A stretch of DNA of 64,000 bases from the human T2T-CHM13v2.0 reference genome, Homo sapiens: NCBI RefSeq assembly GCF_009914755.1, contig NC_060928.1; one strand, given 5' to 3'. Each line of letters starts with the position of its first letter. The stretch's first letter is position 1. The position numbers were made by a program, and so were the translations under genes. Positions 13,557 to 28,900 of this stretch are shown in pieces. A model generated the notes under the pieces. It searched no databases and was not told where the DNA came from. It worked only from the letters and a program-made list of their open reading frames with translations.

Positions 13557-15921
13557 GTACGTCCCTCGCTCGGGTTTGCCCGTCCGTCCTTCTGTCCGTC
13601 AGCGCTGCGGGAGCTGGAGAGTGTGTGTCCGCCCCACAGCCCGGTGCGCCCTGCGCTCCCTTCCTCCAGCTAAAGCCGTGGCCGCCCTGAGCGCGTGGGA
13701 ATTTAATTTGAATCACTTTTTTTCTCCCCTCGCTGGTCGGTTTTGCCTGCACACTTCTATTAGGACACCCATTCTCCACCCCGGGTTATTCCCCTGGGTC
13801 AATCCAAGAAACATCCAAGGCATTAGCCGGCCCTTCTGGAAGCTCCATTCTGCCGCCGCCGCCACCACCACCTCCTTTCCCCCGCCCTTTTTTTTTTTTT
13901 AAAGCGGTTTCTTCTCCGAGATGACCGCAAACACAAACAGTAGCTCTCCTCCCCGAGGCGGGTTCCTGAGTGCGGGGCTACCTCCTTGGCCACTTTTTCC
14001 AGCTGAGGCGAGGTGAGTTCCTTGAGACTCTCCTCCTGTAGGTGCGATGGTGCCCTTTGCAGAGGCCAAGCAGACTTTTGTGAACCGGAGGTCGAGGGGG
14101 ACACCCTCTGTGGGTCCCGGAACAGGCTTCGCGGTGGGGCGCGCAGGATGGGCTCATCTCAGTTGGGTCACAGGGCTTGGTCTTCTGTATCTAAAACTTG
14201 GCCTACTCAGTCATGTTCCTGCTTAAGGCACCTGGTAGGCACTCCATGAAAACTTGTTGATTTCTTGTTGCATTCACAACCACAGAGGTTGAACGCTGGG
14301 CGGTCAAATCCTGGCTCATCACTACCTTCCAGTCCTTAGTCCTCAACGTTAGATTTCATTCCCAGTAATTGGGGAGTTGGGGAAGGAAAGATGTATTTGA
14401 CTGGGGCAGGATAAAACTGCAGGAATTGCTCTTTTCTAGGAAAAAAAATGTTTGGCTATGAGTCCATGGGAGACTGACAGAGGTGAAAGATTTGAGAATT
14501 AACGTTTTCTGCACTCTAACAAGCCTTGAGTCGAAAAGAGTCGAGGAGAAAAGTCCACATTCAAACGATCATTGGATATAATTCTCATTTGAAAACCCAA
14601 GGTTCTGGTTTCTTGAAAAAGCTTTCGGAGAAGACCAACAAAAGTAACTTTCTAGAAAATTACCGTTTCGGAAAAAATAGCACTAGCAGAAGTCTGAGGT
14701 AAAGCTTACATTATGAGAAGGAGTTGGGGAGAGAATCAAAACGATAACATGCACTAATTAGTATTAGAAAGACGATATACTCTTGGGGGACGGCACGACT
14801 GTCCTTTTATCAGTTTACAGTTCACTTTCAAAGAACTTAAGGAGGCTTTTAGGATGATATGGTACACTCAAAAAATCATTGTATCTCAAAGATGTCGTCT
14901 AGGATTTGTACCTATATCTGGATTTAAAGAAAAAAAATGGAGATATTCAGCCTATTTAAGGCAATCTGCGACTTAAGGGTTGAGGGTTACTTCTTTAAAA
15001 TATTGCTAGAACATTTTTAAGTGAGAGAATTATGTTAGAAAATGTTTAAATGTTAGACATTTTTAGTTCTGAGCTTTTAAAAAAGTCATGTGAAATGTGT
15101 TTCAATCTGCTGATGTGAAGCTAGCTAAATCACTCTTTTTCTTTAAACTTGCGGCTTCTAAAATACAATAAGAATTCTGCTAATATGTGTAATTTTTTCT
15201 TGCTGTCTAGATTTGCAATTTCTAAGATAAAAACGATACTGAATTTATACTATCAGCTTAATATTGAGTTAGTACTCAAGGTTAATGTCATTTTTTTAAG
15301 CCTGTCCATATGATTCTTCAAATTTCCTAGTTTCTTCAAATAAAAGCTTTAGCACAGATTAACCCTAGGAAAGCAAACAGGAGGGAGGAGCCAGTCATGC
15401 CCCTTGGCTACGGTTTGAGCTGGACAGCTTCCACAAGGATCTTAACAAACAAAACAGAAATGTGAAGCTTACCTGGGAAGTTTCAATAGGGGCAGGATCT
15501 CAGATTTTATCCAAATTGGAGAGCGGATGGCATATTAAATAAAAAAGACAGATGGGCATTTTTAATGATCTGAACGTGAAGCCTTAAAATCTTGGTAAAT
15601 GCTCTGTCAGAGGCAGCACTTGACCGTGGGATCTTTATGGATGCAATTTAGAAAGCAAATGCCTGTGTTTTGGTATGATCCAATATTAGATTCTTGGCCA
15701 ATACTGAAGAGCCTCTCTACTGTCAAATTAAGACAAAGAACATTATCTCATGCTTTCCTTTACTAGCGGAAATCCAATTTATGTTCTAAATAAAAGCTGC
15801 TTTGTGTTGAACTCACAGCAATACTCAGAACCCAGCAAGGATTTTGCTTGGAGTATTGTTTTAATAGGTAGTGCTTTACAAGGCTTGCATGGAATTTCCC
15901 CATCGGTAACGAAGATAATAG

Positions 15922-16245
<324 letters not shown>

Positions 16246-16314
16246 GTAGAATTTCTTTAGAATGAAAAAATTACTTTCCCATATATTAGTTCATTCAATA
16301 TTTTCATTTTGTTT

Positions 16315-16500
16315 TCTATCCTCAAACAACCCTCTGAGGGTAGTGGACCAGGGGTGTTCCATCTATTCTACGGATGAGATTACTGAGGCTGTATCAAATT
16401 ATACCACTTGCCAGAATTCATATAGCAGAGTGAAAGAGTAGAGCCTATAGGACCCTGACAACACTTGATATTCTCTTGTCCAGCCTAGGCTCTTGACAGA
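16315..16500 (-). mobile_element. MIR fragment
   Basis: cctcaaacaaccctctgagggtag...cggatgagattactgaggct. Confidence 0.55.
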
Positions 16501-17166
16501 TCTCTGTGAAATATCTCACACCACGTGGGCAAGACAATCCAGATAGGGGGATAAGCACTGTCCAGCATCTTCTGGCTGTCAGACTTAAAGAGTATGAACA
16601 GCTGGCAGGGAACATGGCTATGCTGACCCACTTTGCTCCCACCAAGAGGTAGTCCGAGGCATTCAAGGAAATTTCAAAATGTGCTGGACTCTAATTGACA
16701 CATTCTTGTCCAGAAGTGTATCTGCCTCTGACTAGTCCCCACCTCATGGAAGATGCTGGAGAAGGACCCATGTGGGGGAGGTGATAGCATTATCCCAGAT
16801 TTTTTTAAGTGGATGGGCCTTGGACTTCATCTAGTTCCACCTCCCACCCAACATAGAAATTCCATCTGTGACATCTTCATCAATCCTTGGAAGTTTTCTA
16901 GTCATTTAGCTACTGTACTTCTGCCAGAACAGCACTTATAGCTCCTTGGAAAGATGATTTTAAAACCCACATAAAATCCTTTACTGTGATTAGCCTAAAT
17001 AGCCCATGCATATGGAGATGAAAGGAACCTGCGAGATTCTCTCCCTGTTATTAGAGTGTAAAGGCCCTCCTCTTCTCTGTCTTGATTCTTTATCAGTTTA
17101 TAGGAAGGTACAGTCTTAACACAGAAGGAAGACCAAAATATCACTTTTATTACTGATGAAAACAGT

Positions 17167-17690
17167 GCAGGTCCACAATCCATTATCTGTGATCATCTGG
17201 GCCAGATGTGATTTTGGAATCTCTTTTTTCAGATTTTGAGGAAAAATACTTACGCTCTAATATGTGGGTTCTGGGGTAACAACCCATGTCGGATATGAAT
17301 AGGTGTATAAGGAAACATGAGTTCACTCTAAGTCAGTGTTATACAGAACTTTCTGTGATGCTGGAAATGTCTATCTGATATGGTAACACTAGCCACATAG
17401 GGCTATTGAGCATTTGAAATGTGGCTAGTATGACTAAGAATATGAATTTTTAATTTTATACAATTTTAATGGATTTGAATTTAAATAGACACATGTGGCT
17501 GTTGTATCAGATAGCAAAGCTCCAAGAGGAGTGATACAGATTTTAAGTAGCTTCATGTCAGTCAAGGTCAGGTTTGGCCATCAAGGACTCAGGTTACTTC
17601 AAGTTTTGCTACCAGATGGATTGGGGAAAACCTTTTATGTTCAAAGCTTTGGAGATTTTTGGAATTGCAGGTAAAAGATACAGACTTTTG
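17167..17690. mobile_element. Old TcMar-Tigger-like DNA transposon remnant interrupted by MER3
   Basis: caggtccacaatccattatctg...gggccagatgtg at the left; degenerate ggagatttttggaattgcagg at the right. Confidence 0.4.
17333..17520. mobile_element. MER3-like hAT-Charlie MITE
   Basis: agaactttctgtgatgctggaaatg...actagccacatagggctattgagcatttgaaatgtggctagt...tttaaatagacacatgtggct. Confidence 0.8.
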
Positions 17691-18492
17691 TTGGAGAATA
17701 TGGTTTTAACTCTGGGCAAGGGAGTTTCCCAATATTGAACCCAAGAATTAGACAGGCTTTACTCCCAGTCATTGTCAGCAGTGGGCAGAGCACAGACCAC
17801 TCTCCCTGGCTCGTGGACAGAGTAGATCCCTTTAAACCTTAACACATGGAGGAGTGGAGGAGAATGGCAATTTTACGAGAAAGAAAGCAGAGGCTGGGCT
17901 ATTGTGGTCAGATTTTCCTTCCAACTGCAGCCATAAGATTAAGATACTTCTCCCCTAAGGAGTAACTGACAGCATCCTACACTAGTGCATTGCCCTCTGC
18001 ATGCAAAAAGATATCTGAAGTGGAGAAAAATATATTTTAACACTTAATGCATTTTTCTGTCCACTCAGATTTCTGTGCTGGTCATTATTGAGAGTCATGA
18101 ACTCTTGTCCACAGTGTTGATCAGGTGTTCATACCATTACTACTTGGTTTTCTTTTGTCTGCATGGCTTTGCATCTTCCCAGACTCTTCATGCCTTTGGG
18201 GTCTCCATAGGAAGGTTTGTTCTCCGTTACAGTGGAAGTAACAGCAAGAGACATGCTTTCCCTTTATATGTGTACATGGGTTCATTTGCTACAACTAGTG
18301 CTCAATTGCTTGAACTTGCTTCCCCACACAAAAGGCAGACATATCTGCATTAAGAAATTCACGTGAAACCTATCAGTATTCTTCATCATTATTCTTCTTA
18401 CTTTTCCTACTATCCTGATTATTTCTGTGGCGCCCTTTTTATTGTCTTTATGAGTAGTGGAAAAAATACAGCAAAAAGCATATATGTGTGTG

Positions 18493-18495
<3 letters not shown>

Positions 18496-18526
<31 letters not shown>
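18496..18526. repeat. (CA)n microsatellite
   Basis: Pure AC run preceded by tatatgtgtgtgtat. Confidence 0.95.
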
Positions 18527-18527
<1 letters not shown>

Positions 18528-18699
18528 CCATTTGGATACAAGAACATCTTTAAAACCTAAGTTGTCAAGGGGAATATACTGAGTTGCTATATTATGATAA
18601 ATGCACATAGGACATTTAGAGTAAATGAGTTCTAAAATTTTAGTGGTTGTATCTTCTAAGTCCTGAAGCAGACGTTATTCAAGTGGAGAAATTATTAGA

Positions 18700-18955
18700 T
18701 ACAGATATTTATAGCTAGACTTGGGAGCCAGGTTTCCTGCATTTAAATCCTCAATCCACAATTTAATGCTGTGATTTCTTGAGCAAGTTGCTTAACTTGT
18801 TTTGAGTTTCCCAATTTGTAAAAGAAGTCAATGATATCACCTGTCTCACAGAGTTATTGAGTAGATTACATAAGCTAATAGATGTGAGGCACTTAGGACA
18901 GTGCTGGGCATGTAGTAAATATTAAATACATGTTTGCTATTTTTATCATTATTAT
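18700..18955 (+). mobile_element. MIR SINE
   Basis: ttgagcaagttgcttaac...gcacttaggacagtgctgggcatgtagtaa. Confidence 0.75.
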
Positions 18956-19069
18956 CTTTATTACATTCTACCATGATCCAGACACTGTGCAGGCATGTTT
19001 AAGCAAATATAAATATATCCTGCCCTCAAGGAATGCAGTCTATAGAGGCATATAAATTAGAACTCACTA

Positions 19070-19727
<658 letters not shown>

Positions 19728-20184
19728 TAGTAAAATACAAACTACCCCAGATCTTTCATGGAATTAGGTGCTTCCAAAAATCATTATAGAGGTTGGAGGA
19801 GCAAAAGTCAGGGGTACCACTGGGTGTTTAGTTCATATTGTCAAAGCTGCCACCCAGAGGGCAGAAAACTGTAGAAGCCATTGCCAGTATCACAGCTGCC
19901 CCTGAGTACTGGGTAGCTGCTCAGCCTCTGCAGAAACACATTTGTTGAAACCTGCATGTTAGCCACTATGACTCCTGGTGAAGGAACTTTGTTCTCCAGA
20001 TCTTATGCAGGTGCATCCCTTTGGTAGAACCAGAATTGCATTTGGACCCTAGCAACAAGCAAGTCTAGGAACTTCAGGCTTTCAGCCCCTACAGTACTAA
20101 GGAGATAGATAATGGAGGGAAGAGATAATGAATAATCAACACCAAGAGATAGTATCTAGCCAGGGGGAAGCAGATGCATTCACT

Positions 20185-20400
20185 CACTCAAGCAGTAAAT
20201 ATTCACGAAGCAACTACTCTATATGGAGTGCTGTTCTGGTGCTTAGCATACAGAAAAGTGAACAAAACAGACTAGGTCTCTGCTCTTAGGGTATTTACAT
20301 AAATAATACATATGTGACGAGCACTGTGCTAATGATATGAACGGAGCATTAAAGGAGCACCAAGGAGGGTTATGTAAACCAACTCGAGGTGTGGAGGGGG
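20185..20400 (-). mobile_element. L2 fragment
   Basis: cattcactcactcaa...gtgaacaaaacagactaggtctctgctctt resembles the antisense L2 3' end. Confidence 0.5.
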
Positions 20401-20805
20401 TCAGAATGAGGGGTTAGTTTGGCTTTCCCGATAATGAATAGAGCCAGGGTATGGAAACTATTCTGCATGATAATCAAATATGAGGCAGAGTGATGATGAG
20501 ATCTCCACAGGGAATAGAAAGAAATAGTCTTTATCATTCAGCAGAAAGCTTTTATCATTTTGAATAGAAGTGGAACTGATGTCTTGAGGTGATATTATTG
20601 TTTGCTCTTGAAGGTGGCTCATTTAAAATGACATTTGGAAGAAAGGATGACTTGGACTATAAAGGTAAACTATATACATGACTTTGCAGTTTAAAAAAAT
20701 CAGCTTATGGATCTTTTAAAATTCTTCTGTAAGCAGTGTATATCAGAGCAATGATACCATTTGCTATTTGAAAAGGTGTGTGAAGGTTTCTATTTTATTT
20801 CTCTT

Positions 20806-21339
20806 TCAGTTATCTATTGCTATGTATCTACTCATCCCAAACCTGAGTGGCTTAAAACAACAATGATTTCTTTCTCACAGTTCTGTGGTTGGTATTTTGG
20901 GCAAGGCTTGGCTGGGTGGCTCTTCTGTTCCATGGGGTATTGAATTGAGTTACTCATTCAGCTTCTTTCAGCTAAGCCTAGACTTGGCTGGGCTGGAAGG
21001 TCCCAGCAGGCTTCATTTACATGTCTGGCACCCAGTTCTCCTCCATGAGGGTATTCTCTCCATCTCCAGCTTTTCGCTCATCTTTCAGGAGTCCAGCCCA
21101 AGATTCCTTATAGGGGATTGGCTTCCTCAGAGAAAGGAAATGGAAGCTGCCCATCCTCTTAAGGCCTGGGCTTGGAAGTCCCAGAATGTTTATTTTGCTG
21201 CATTCTGTCATCAGTGCAAGTTATCAGTCTAGTCTAGATTCAAGGTGGGGAGAATTAGACCCCATTTATTAATGTGAGAAGAAGTATGTGCATACAGGGA
21301 AGGGAGGAATTAATAGTAGCTGACTTTAAAAATTACCAC
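20806..21339 (-). mobile_element. MLT1-type (ERVL-MaLR) LTR
   Basis: tcagttatctattgct...agtggcttaaaacaac...ctagattcaaggtggggagaattagacccca...ttaccaca. Confidence 0.8.
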
Positions 21340-21639
21340 AACCCCCCCCCCTTATGTTTTGCAGTTTCTTTGACCTCCCTTTGTTATAATTAGATTATGT
21401 GAGATAACAAGAGCATAATCCAGGGGCACTGCAAGTATGATAGTAAGTCCTCAACAAGTGTTAATAATTATTGTCATCATTACTATGTGTTATTGAAAAC
21501 TGAGAATAACTCAGTAAATAGCACCCTTCTTCCCCTCTCAAGTTCTGAACTAACTGAAAATCAGTTTCTGTTAAAAAGACTAAAGAGTTTGCAGATAGAA
21601 GATCAAAATATCACCATTTTTCCTGATAAAGATAATGGA

Positions 21640-22145
21640 GAATGCCTTCATGCATCCTAATACTAAATAGCAGAATTAGATATTCTTCTAGCCACTCACT
21701 GGAGGTGGTGGACCTCCAGAGACCCTCCATCCTGTGGCCTGCTCCAGAAACAAGGAGCCTGGAGGAGAGAATGAAGCCATGCTCCCCGGAACAGGTCATG
21801 TCCCAAGGGATAGAAGTGAGCAGATGGGCAGAGATTGTCTGGTTTCTTCTTCCTTTGCTTTCCAGTTCTGGGAAGGTTAAATGAGGTAAAGGGAGTCCAG
21901 GAGGTCCTCGTTACATCACAGCCCATTACCTCATATAAAGAAGACAATGAGGTACAAGCTACTAAAGATAATAGCAGGAATGATATACATGTATCTGTAC
22001 ACATGTTTCAGATATTCAGTATCAGAATACATCCGTAAGGTAAGTTCTTAGCACGGCCTTGGGAAAAGTCACATATTTCTCTATAAATAAGTTGTTTAAA
22101 GCCACTAAGTTTTGAAGTAGATTGATATGCAGCAATAGATAATGG
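21640..22145 (+). mobile_element. MLT1-type LTR remnant (5' boundary uncertain)
   Basis: 3' end ttgtttaaagccactaagttttg...tatgcagcaatagataa is typical of MLT1. Confidence 0.55.
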
Positions 22146-22262
22146 GCAAATTAAAAAAGTAAAAACTCACAAGCACTTTTTAAAATGGCAAATGATGATT
22201 CTACAGAGTAACAGGAAGTAATTAGGTTTGATAAAGTAAGCCTAAGGTTCTTCTTTTTTTTA

Positions 22263-22552
22263 TCCATCCTTAGCAAACTAACACAGTAACAGAAAACCAA
22301 ATACCGCATGTTCTAACTTATAAATGGGAGCTAAATGATAAGAACAAGTGGACACATAGAGGGCAACAACACACACTGGGGCGTTTTGGAGGGTGGAGAC
22401 TGGGAGGAGGAAGAGGATCAGGAAAAATAACTAATGGGTAGTATGCTTAATAGCTGGGTAATGAAATAATCTGTACAACCAACCGCCCATGACACATGTT
22501 TACCTGTGTAACAAACCTGCACTTGTATCCTGAACTTAAAAGTTTAAAAAAA
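22263..22552 (+). mobile_element. L1PA (older, ~PA13-16) 3' end fragment
   Basis: ccttagcaaactaacacag...gaggatcaggaaaaataactaatgggta...aacaaacctgcacttgta...A tail. Confidence 0.88.
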
Positions 22553-25259
22553 TCAGGCTGGGCATATCAACATTTGTTGAAATACTAAAAGTTCCATTTT
22601 GTTGAGAAATCCCTGGCAATATGTATTTCACTGATACAGTAGGAAAATGTCAAAAAGCAACCACCTTTGAGCTCTAAGCATTGATGAATTCCTATCCAAA
22701 ACAGCTGCAGAAGATCTGTAATACCAGCATTCAGACATTAAAAATAATCTGTTTATAAACATAAAGCAACTATAATAAACCAGGCAGCTTAAAGTTCCAC
22801 TCAATTTTTTTTAAGTTTTACTCATAATGGTCATGTTATTTAAATAAATGTAAAACTTGTAGCAGTGGCTTAAAAGCATATGTAGGTACTGAGATATGCA
22901 ATCAGTGTAGAAGGAAATGTGATATTAACTTAAAGACACTCTTGCATCACTTCTTCAAAGCTTTAGCTTCCATTGCAATTTTTGTTGAAACCAAACAGGA
23001 TTCATTCTGCACATTAAAGTGTGTTGGTTAATGTATAATTAGAAAAAAGAGTAATGTGATAGAAAGTTAATAAAAAAAGATGAAAAACTGCAGCTTGGAT
23101 GCAATTCAAAGAGAATAATACCCCCCTTCTAATGAAATACTTCCTTGAAATCTCATTTTCAATCCAAAATATTTCAAAGACTGTGAAATGGCACACTCAA
23201 AACAAAGAGCAGAGCACAGATGTCAGGTGTATTATTCCTAGAGTATTACGGAATTTCACTCGGATGAAACCACAAAATTGAAAGCATATCCTTCATAATA
23301 TTTAATCTGATCTATTACATGCAGTGTCATTCAAAGAGTTTCTTGCCGCAGAACGTCTCCTTCAGGTTTTATTCTTAGCATCAACTGCAGTATTTATTAG
23401 ATACCCATTGTGCACTAGCAAACACCTAATTGGTTGGTGTGGAAAGTTAGAAAGGGAGTAAAAATGACAGTATGTGCTGCTGTCTTTATTCTTCAGACTC
23501 ACACATCTAAGAGGCAGGACAAACAACTATAAAAACTACAGACACTGCCGTTGTGAAAGGGATGTTTACATTCAAAGGCTGATTGGAATAATTGGAATCA
23601 GCTTGTATCTGATATCCCGGTGTGGCATGAGCTGTTCAAATTTAGCCAAAAGGGAAAGACTGAGAAGGATCAGACCTAAAAATCACCCTTCTACTGTAGA
23701 GGGGTGGCCAGTGGGGAACTGCTCCTGCCATATGTAAGAAGAGTGAGTCCAGATCCAAGGGAGGGCACAGCTTTTGAAAGGGAAAGCATCTGATACCAAG
23801 GAGCCTGATAGAATCTGAAGGGTTACCCAGTGAGTGAGCAAAGCCTGGGCTGAAATGTGTTTAATTTATCTGAGTGTCAGAAGAGTAGGGTTTATTTAGA
23901 TAAAAATTGAAGGAGTTTTGGCAGGTACAGAGTCTGAATATCTTGGGCACAAAGTTCCCTTTCTGAAGTGGGGACTTGTGAAGGAGAATAGGGTAGCAGA
24001 AAGTGTCTGGCAAAAACAATAGGATCCCAGCCCCTAATCATAAGGGAGGACTGAGGCCCTGGGACAATGTACAAATCTGCTCTTGGGATTAGAACCCAAG
24101 GCCAGAACTGCAGCCTGAGTGATATGACCCTGAGTCCCAGAGGGTTGGGACAGAAATAATACTAAACATTTCCTGGTTAAGGTTACTATTGAGCCCAGAG
24201 AGTGGGACCAGCCACCACTACAGGTGGCACGAGCTGTGGTTCCCAGTGTGTCAGAGGATGGATGCAGAAGCCAGGAAGGGTTATTCAGTTAGAACAAGGG
24301 ATTTTGAAAAATATTTGAAAGATGAGAAATACTTAATTGTCATAGTTGGAAAAGAAATGTTCCCAAAAGAGTAGGACATATCCTGGAAGTCGGGTAAGTC
24401 TAATTTCTGAATCAGTAGCAGTGCTTTTGGAATACATTAGAGAGAAGGCTGTGGGGCCATATTCAGGCTCAGTGGAAAACAGCAGTGATTAGTAATGTCT
24501 GCTGTGGAATGAGGGCTGGTCTGTATCCTTATGTGTGCAGTATATATGTGACTGTGGACACTTGGGGTAGAGGAATGGAGCAGTGTAAACAACCAAGAGA
24601 AGGCTTTTGTTTTGTTTTATTTGGGCAAAGCAGAGAAGACAAGTCAGAGGAAAATAAGAAAATTTTTCCCAAGAAATAACTGGTGAGAAATTCCCTTGCC
24701 CAGATGACAGAACTGGTAAAATCACAGCTTTCTAAAGGGAGAAGAATGTGTTGAAACTGTTAAATAGACTGAAAAATCTACTTACATGAGGTGGAACCTG
24801 CATGTGAGTTTGTTGCTAAGCAAAGAGTAGCTTCAGAAGAGATCACACTCGATTGATGATATTCTAGAAGACTCTAATTAAAATGGAATTCAGAAACTAC
24901 TGAAGGCACTGTGTGATAAGGAAAGTTAACCACAGTTATCAAATGCTTAAAAAAAGATAATCTGCTACCGACACTGAAAAGGAGACTTGAAAATAACAAA
25001 TTCCTTTACGAGCCCATTTGTTTTAAAATTCAGAAGTCTAAATCTATTTACAGAAGCAATTTCAGTAACAATAAGAATATGTAGGGAAAAGAAAGATCCA
25101 AAGCTCTCTCTCTCCTCTAAGAAGCTACCATTTGGAGGTTTTACCCAAAAAAGGATAAGAGCATTCATAAATTGGGAGATTTCACAATTTAGTGAAATCA
25201 CTGACATGCTGGAAATTTAGGGTTTTGCAATCTGGCCCTAGAAATTTGGGGCTCTCTTA

Positions 25260-25660
25260 TTAAGAGGTGGGATCTATGACTTCTCCCCTTGAATCTGGGC
25301 TCTGATTTGGCCAATAGAATATAGGAGAAGTGTCACTGTACCAGATTTGGGGCCCAGGAACTCAGAGATTGGCCACTTCCACTTTCTGTCTTTTGAAACA
25401 CTGATTTTTAGAACCTCACTGCCCCATGGACGGACCCTGTGGAAAGGAGGCCACAGCCAGCACCACCTGGCCAACAAGGAGAATGAGCCATCTTGGAGGT
25501 AGATCTTCACCCCCGTTGAGCTTCCCCAGCTGACTGTGGCCGTGTGGTGTGGAGACCAGCCTTCCCACCTAAACCTGCCCAAGGTGCAGGTGCAAGGGTT
25601 AAAAGGAATGACTGTTGTTTTAAGCCACTGATTTGGTTTTGTTATGCAGCAATACATAAA
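25260..25660 (+). mobile_element. MLT1-type LTR
   Basis: ccttgaatctgggct...gccatcttggagg...ttgttttaagccact...gttatgcagcaata. Confidence 0.75.
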
Positions 25661-25714
25661 TTAATAAAAGAAAACAAACATTATAATGTGTCCTAAGAAT
25701 GAAGAAGTTGAAAG

Positions 25715-25900
25715 TTAGATTCAGGTTTGAATCCCAAGATTTTCCCAGACTTGGGTAAGATACTTAGTCTTCTTAGGCTCATTTCTCAACTGAAAAATTG
25801 GAGCAATAATACCTATCTCACAAGGCAGTGGTGAGAAAGAAATGAAATGCTACACCTAGGCATCTAAAACAATGCCTGAAAGATACTAAGGACTTAAAAA
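25715..25900 (+). mobile_element. MIR fragment
   Basis: ggtttgaatccca...ttgggtaaga...aataatacctatctcacaagg. Confidence 0.6.
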
Positions 25901-28900
25901 TTATAGGTCAGAATTTGTTAAAAGCTCTAGAATATAGAGTTATAACAGTTTTATGGAAATGAGAATTCCTTGAATAACTTCCTTCTTAAAAAAACTATAG
26001 CACAAAATGGGTCATTATTCTCAAATCATGCCACCTATATGATCATATATGCTTTTAGCTAGAAGGGATCTGCTGTTTACCAGATTTTTAAAATGATGAT
26101 TTAATTACATGAATTCAGCCCAAACTATAAAATATTAAGTTAATAAGTTACATCTCTAAATAATAGAGCAGAAACTAGCTGATTTTTCAAAAAGCTACCT
26201 ACCAAAAAGGACAACTCTTTTGAAACCACAGGTAGCCAACAGAGTTCAATAAAATGACATTCAAAGAATAAAAAGTTTGCACTTTCACCATTTAATGTCA
26301 GATGTGCTAAATTCTTATAGTAAAAAATTATTTCTTTCACTCAAAGAATTCCTTTAATGTTGCTTTAAACCTACATAAAAGTTCATATATCATTTTTCTG
26401 ATCCTGTTAATCTTTTAGACCGTAATGCATAGTTTGCTTAAGTTCAGATTTGCATAGTTTTGCTCATAGTTCCAAAGAGCCTGTGGTTCCCACATCTATG
26501 TGGGAAATACCACACTGGATAAAAATGAGCAGCCACTATTCTCTAGGAAGGATTTTGGTACAAATCTCTTGCATGATTAAAAGACTATTTAATTCCAAGT
26601 AGTTAACTATTATTGAATGACCCAACCAACTTTCACTGTAAGTTGATCATTCTTATTGTGTTCTTGTAATGGTTATTGAAAGCTCACATTATAGTGACTA
26701 AAGAGCATTTGTGCTCCTAGAGGTGCAGATGTTTGGAGTTGGAGGTGGTTGCAGGAGATGGGTCTTTTGAGTGAGTCAGTGAACGGGGCTGGGCATAGGT
26801 GGATGATGACTTGAATCTAGAAAGTGTTAATCATTTATTTGTTAATTCAAGCTTGCAGATCTCAGAGTAAAATGGAATGAGGGAGAAGGCCCAGACATCC
26901 AGGAGTTTTGAAACAGAAATGAGTTTTGTGATTAAGTTTGGAATTTGAAAAGGTCTAGAAACTGAGGCAGTCCAGCCTCTCCAGGACAGTGAGACAGTCT
27001 TGAGTGTCAGCAGGTGGAGGAAGGCAAGGAGCCTGGTTTCCTGAATGTAGCCAGTGTGCTTATCTGAAGAAGAGGAAATATGGGGCTCAGCTAAATGCTT
27101 TGGTTCTTTTGCTGAGATTTTTTTAAATATTTGAAACTCATTCTCTGTCCCTTGTGCTTACTATTTAATTGTTTTGTTTTCCCTTACCATTTTTCTTTTG
27201 GAAAATTAGTCTTAACTATGTCAAGGGAAAAGATGGATTTCACTTTTGCTGATATCACAAGTAGGATCAAGGCAGACCCATGCTGTGGAGACTGCTCCAG
27301 TGGGTGGGTAAGCACAGGGAGTCCCCTCTTAACACTCCACGGACCTCAAAATGGGTGTGTAAATTTTCTCTCTGCTAGCACCTGCACCTGCAAGGGGGAT
27401 GGCAGTGCAGATTTCAAGGACATGAGTTTCATTTGATACCAGAGCATGTTAGAATCCTAGCACCATAATCTAGATTATGCACTGCCCAGTGTTTATGAGC
27501 TGTGTAACCTGGGGCAGGTTCTAGAACCCTGAGTCTCCGTTTTCTCATCTGTTGAAAAGAAATGCAACTCTATGTTTTATATCTTATGCAGTTATGTGGA
27601 TTCAATTCTGCTGAAGTAAACATACAGTGAACCCTATATAAAAGCAAAGCATTGCTGTTTGCTTAAAACTTTTCCAAATATGTAAGACTTAAACTGCCTT
27701 ATAAGCCAATATTGTGGTACAGTATTATTAGCATTTAATACACAAAATAGGTGCTCAGTAAATACTTGCTGAATTTTTAAATACCTAAGAAACAGTGAAG
27801 AGGAGGTCATGGCATGAAGTGTCTTCCTCGTGACCTGAGTCCTGGACATTCCTGCAGGGCCTGGGACAGCAGGGCCCACTTTAGGTTACACATCTCATCC
27901 CTCTCATGTCCCTGTCCCTGTTGCTGCCAGTAGATGTAACCATCTGTCAATATACCAACCACTTTATGCCTGAGGCTACCCTGTTACTTTACCCCAGCTT
28001 GACAGGGCCTCACCTAGAGGACAGCAGGATCCCCACGGGGATGGTTATAGAGATGCAGCCCTAGAGTTCCCACCCCTGGAGACCAGAGCTCCCAACCAGC
28101 CGCAATCCATGGATGTTGCTCCCCAAGTTCTACCGTAGTGCCAGGAGAAAAGGCAGAGAGTGGGAGGAGAAGGATGTCTTCCTCCCCTCCAGGGAAGGAG
28201 CCACTGAGGGAAGAAGAGAGATGAGATTTCCGTGAAACTAGAGAACAGCAGTGAAGTTTTAAATTCCCATGCCTTTCTGGCAGGAGCAATGAGAAATCGA
28301 ATACTGTTTGTACTATGGTCTGGCTGCATTATGACTTTGGGGACAAGTTAGGAACCTTGCCACTCTCTATAACATTATTTTTATGGGCAGTTTCATTTTG
28401 TGTTCCATTTAAATCATGTACCATCAGGCTTGTGTCACAGCCATTTAGAAGGGAGCAATTGGAGCATTTTCACTAGAGAGCGTTCTTGTTTTCCAATAGT
28501 GTCATGTGTGCATGAGGTGTGACGTTCTTGTCCTTGAGATAACATGAGGGGAAGAGGGCATGAAATGGACTGAAACATCTTGGCTTCTACTTCTGGTTTA
28601 TACAGTAGCTCTGTGACCATGGGCATTCTCTCTGGGACTCTCATTTTTCTCATCTGTAGAATGAGGTGGTTGACAAACAGGTTCTCTGGGGCCTCTTTGA
28701 GCTGCAGTATTGCATTATTCCATTTCTCTGAAACTCCCCAACAGTGTTATTTGGGCAGTTTATTTTATGGAGGGAAAATGTGGGCTCTAGCTCTTTCTTC
28801 CTAACTTTGTGAGTGCATCTACTCGATTGCCTGAAAAATAGTAAAAATACCACCTGTCCTTCCTGTAACAGAGTTTATCATGATAATGGAGGGGAAAGCA

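Larger units (their letters stand above)
11990..14150. promoter_or_regulatory. NWD2: CpG island / NWD2 promoter and first exon
   Basis: Abrupt rise in GC content and CpG density against AT-rich, CpG-depleted flanks; contains the start codon and the first donor site. Confidence 0.95.

Noticed and set aside
13590-13612. Second RE1-like motif just inside intron 1 (minus strand CAGCGCTGACGGACAG)
   Set aside because: The left half-site is degenerate and the spacer is 3 nt; likely chance in GC-rich DNA.
13557-13690. Continuation of the 94-aa ORF past the donor site
   Set aside because: Intron read-through after the GAAG|GTACGT donor; it stops matching NWD2 after ...SANPE.
15818-15860. Small imperfect hairpin (gcaatactc...gagtattgt)
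   Set aside because: Short, bulged stem within chance expectation; no other support.
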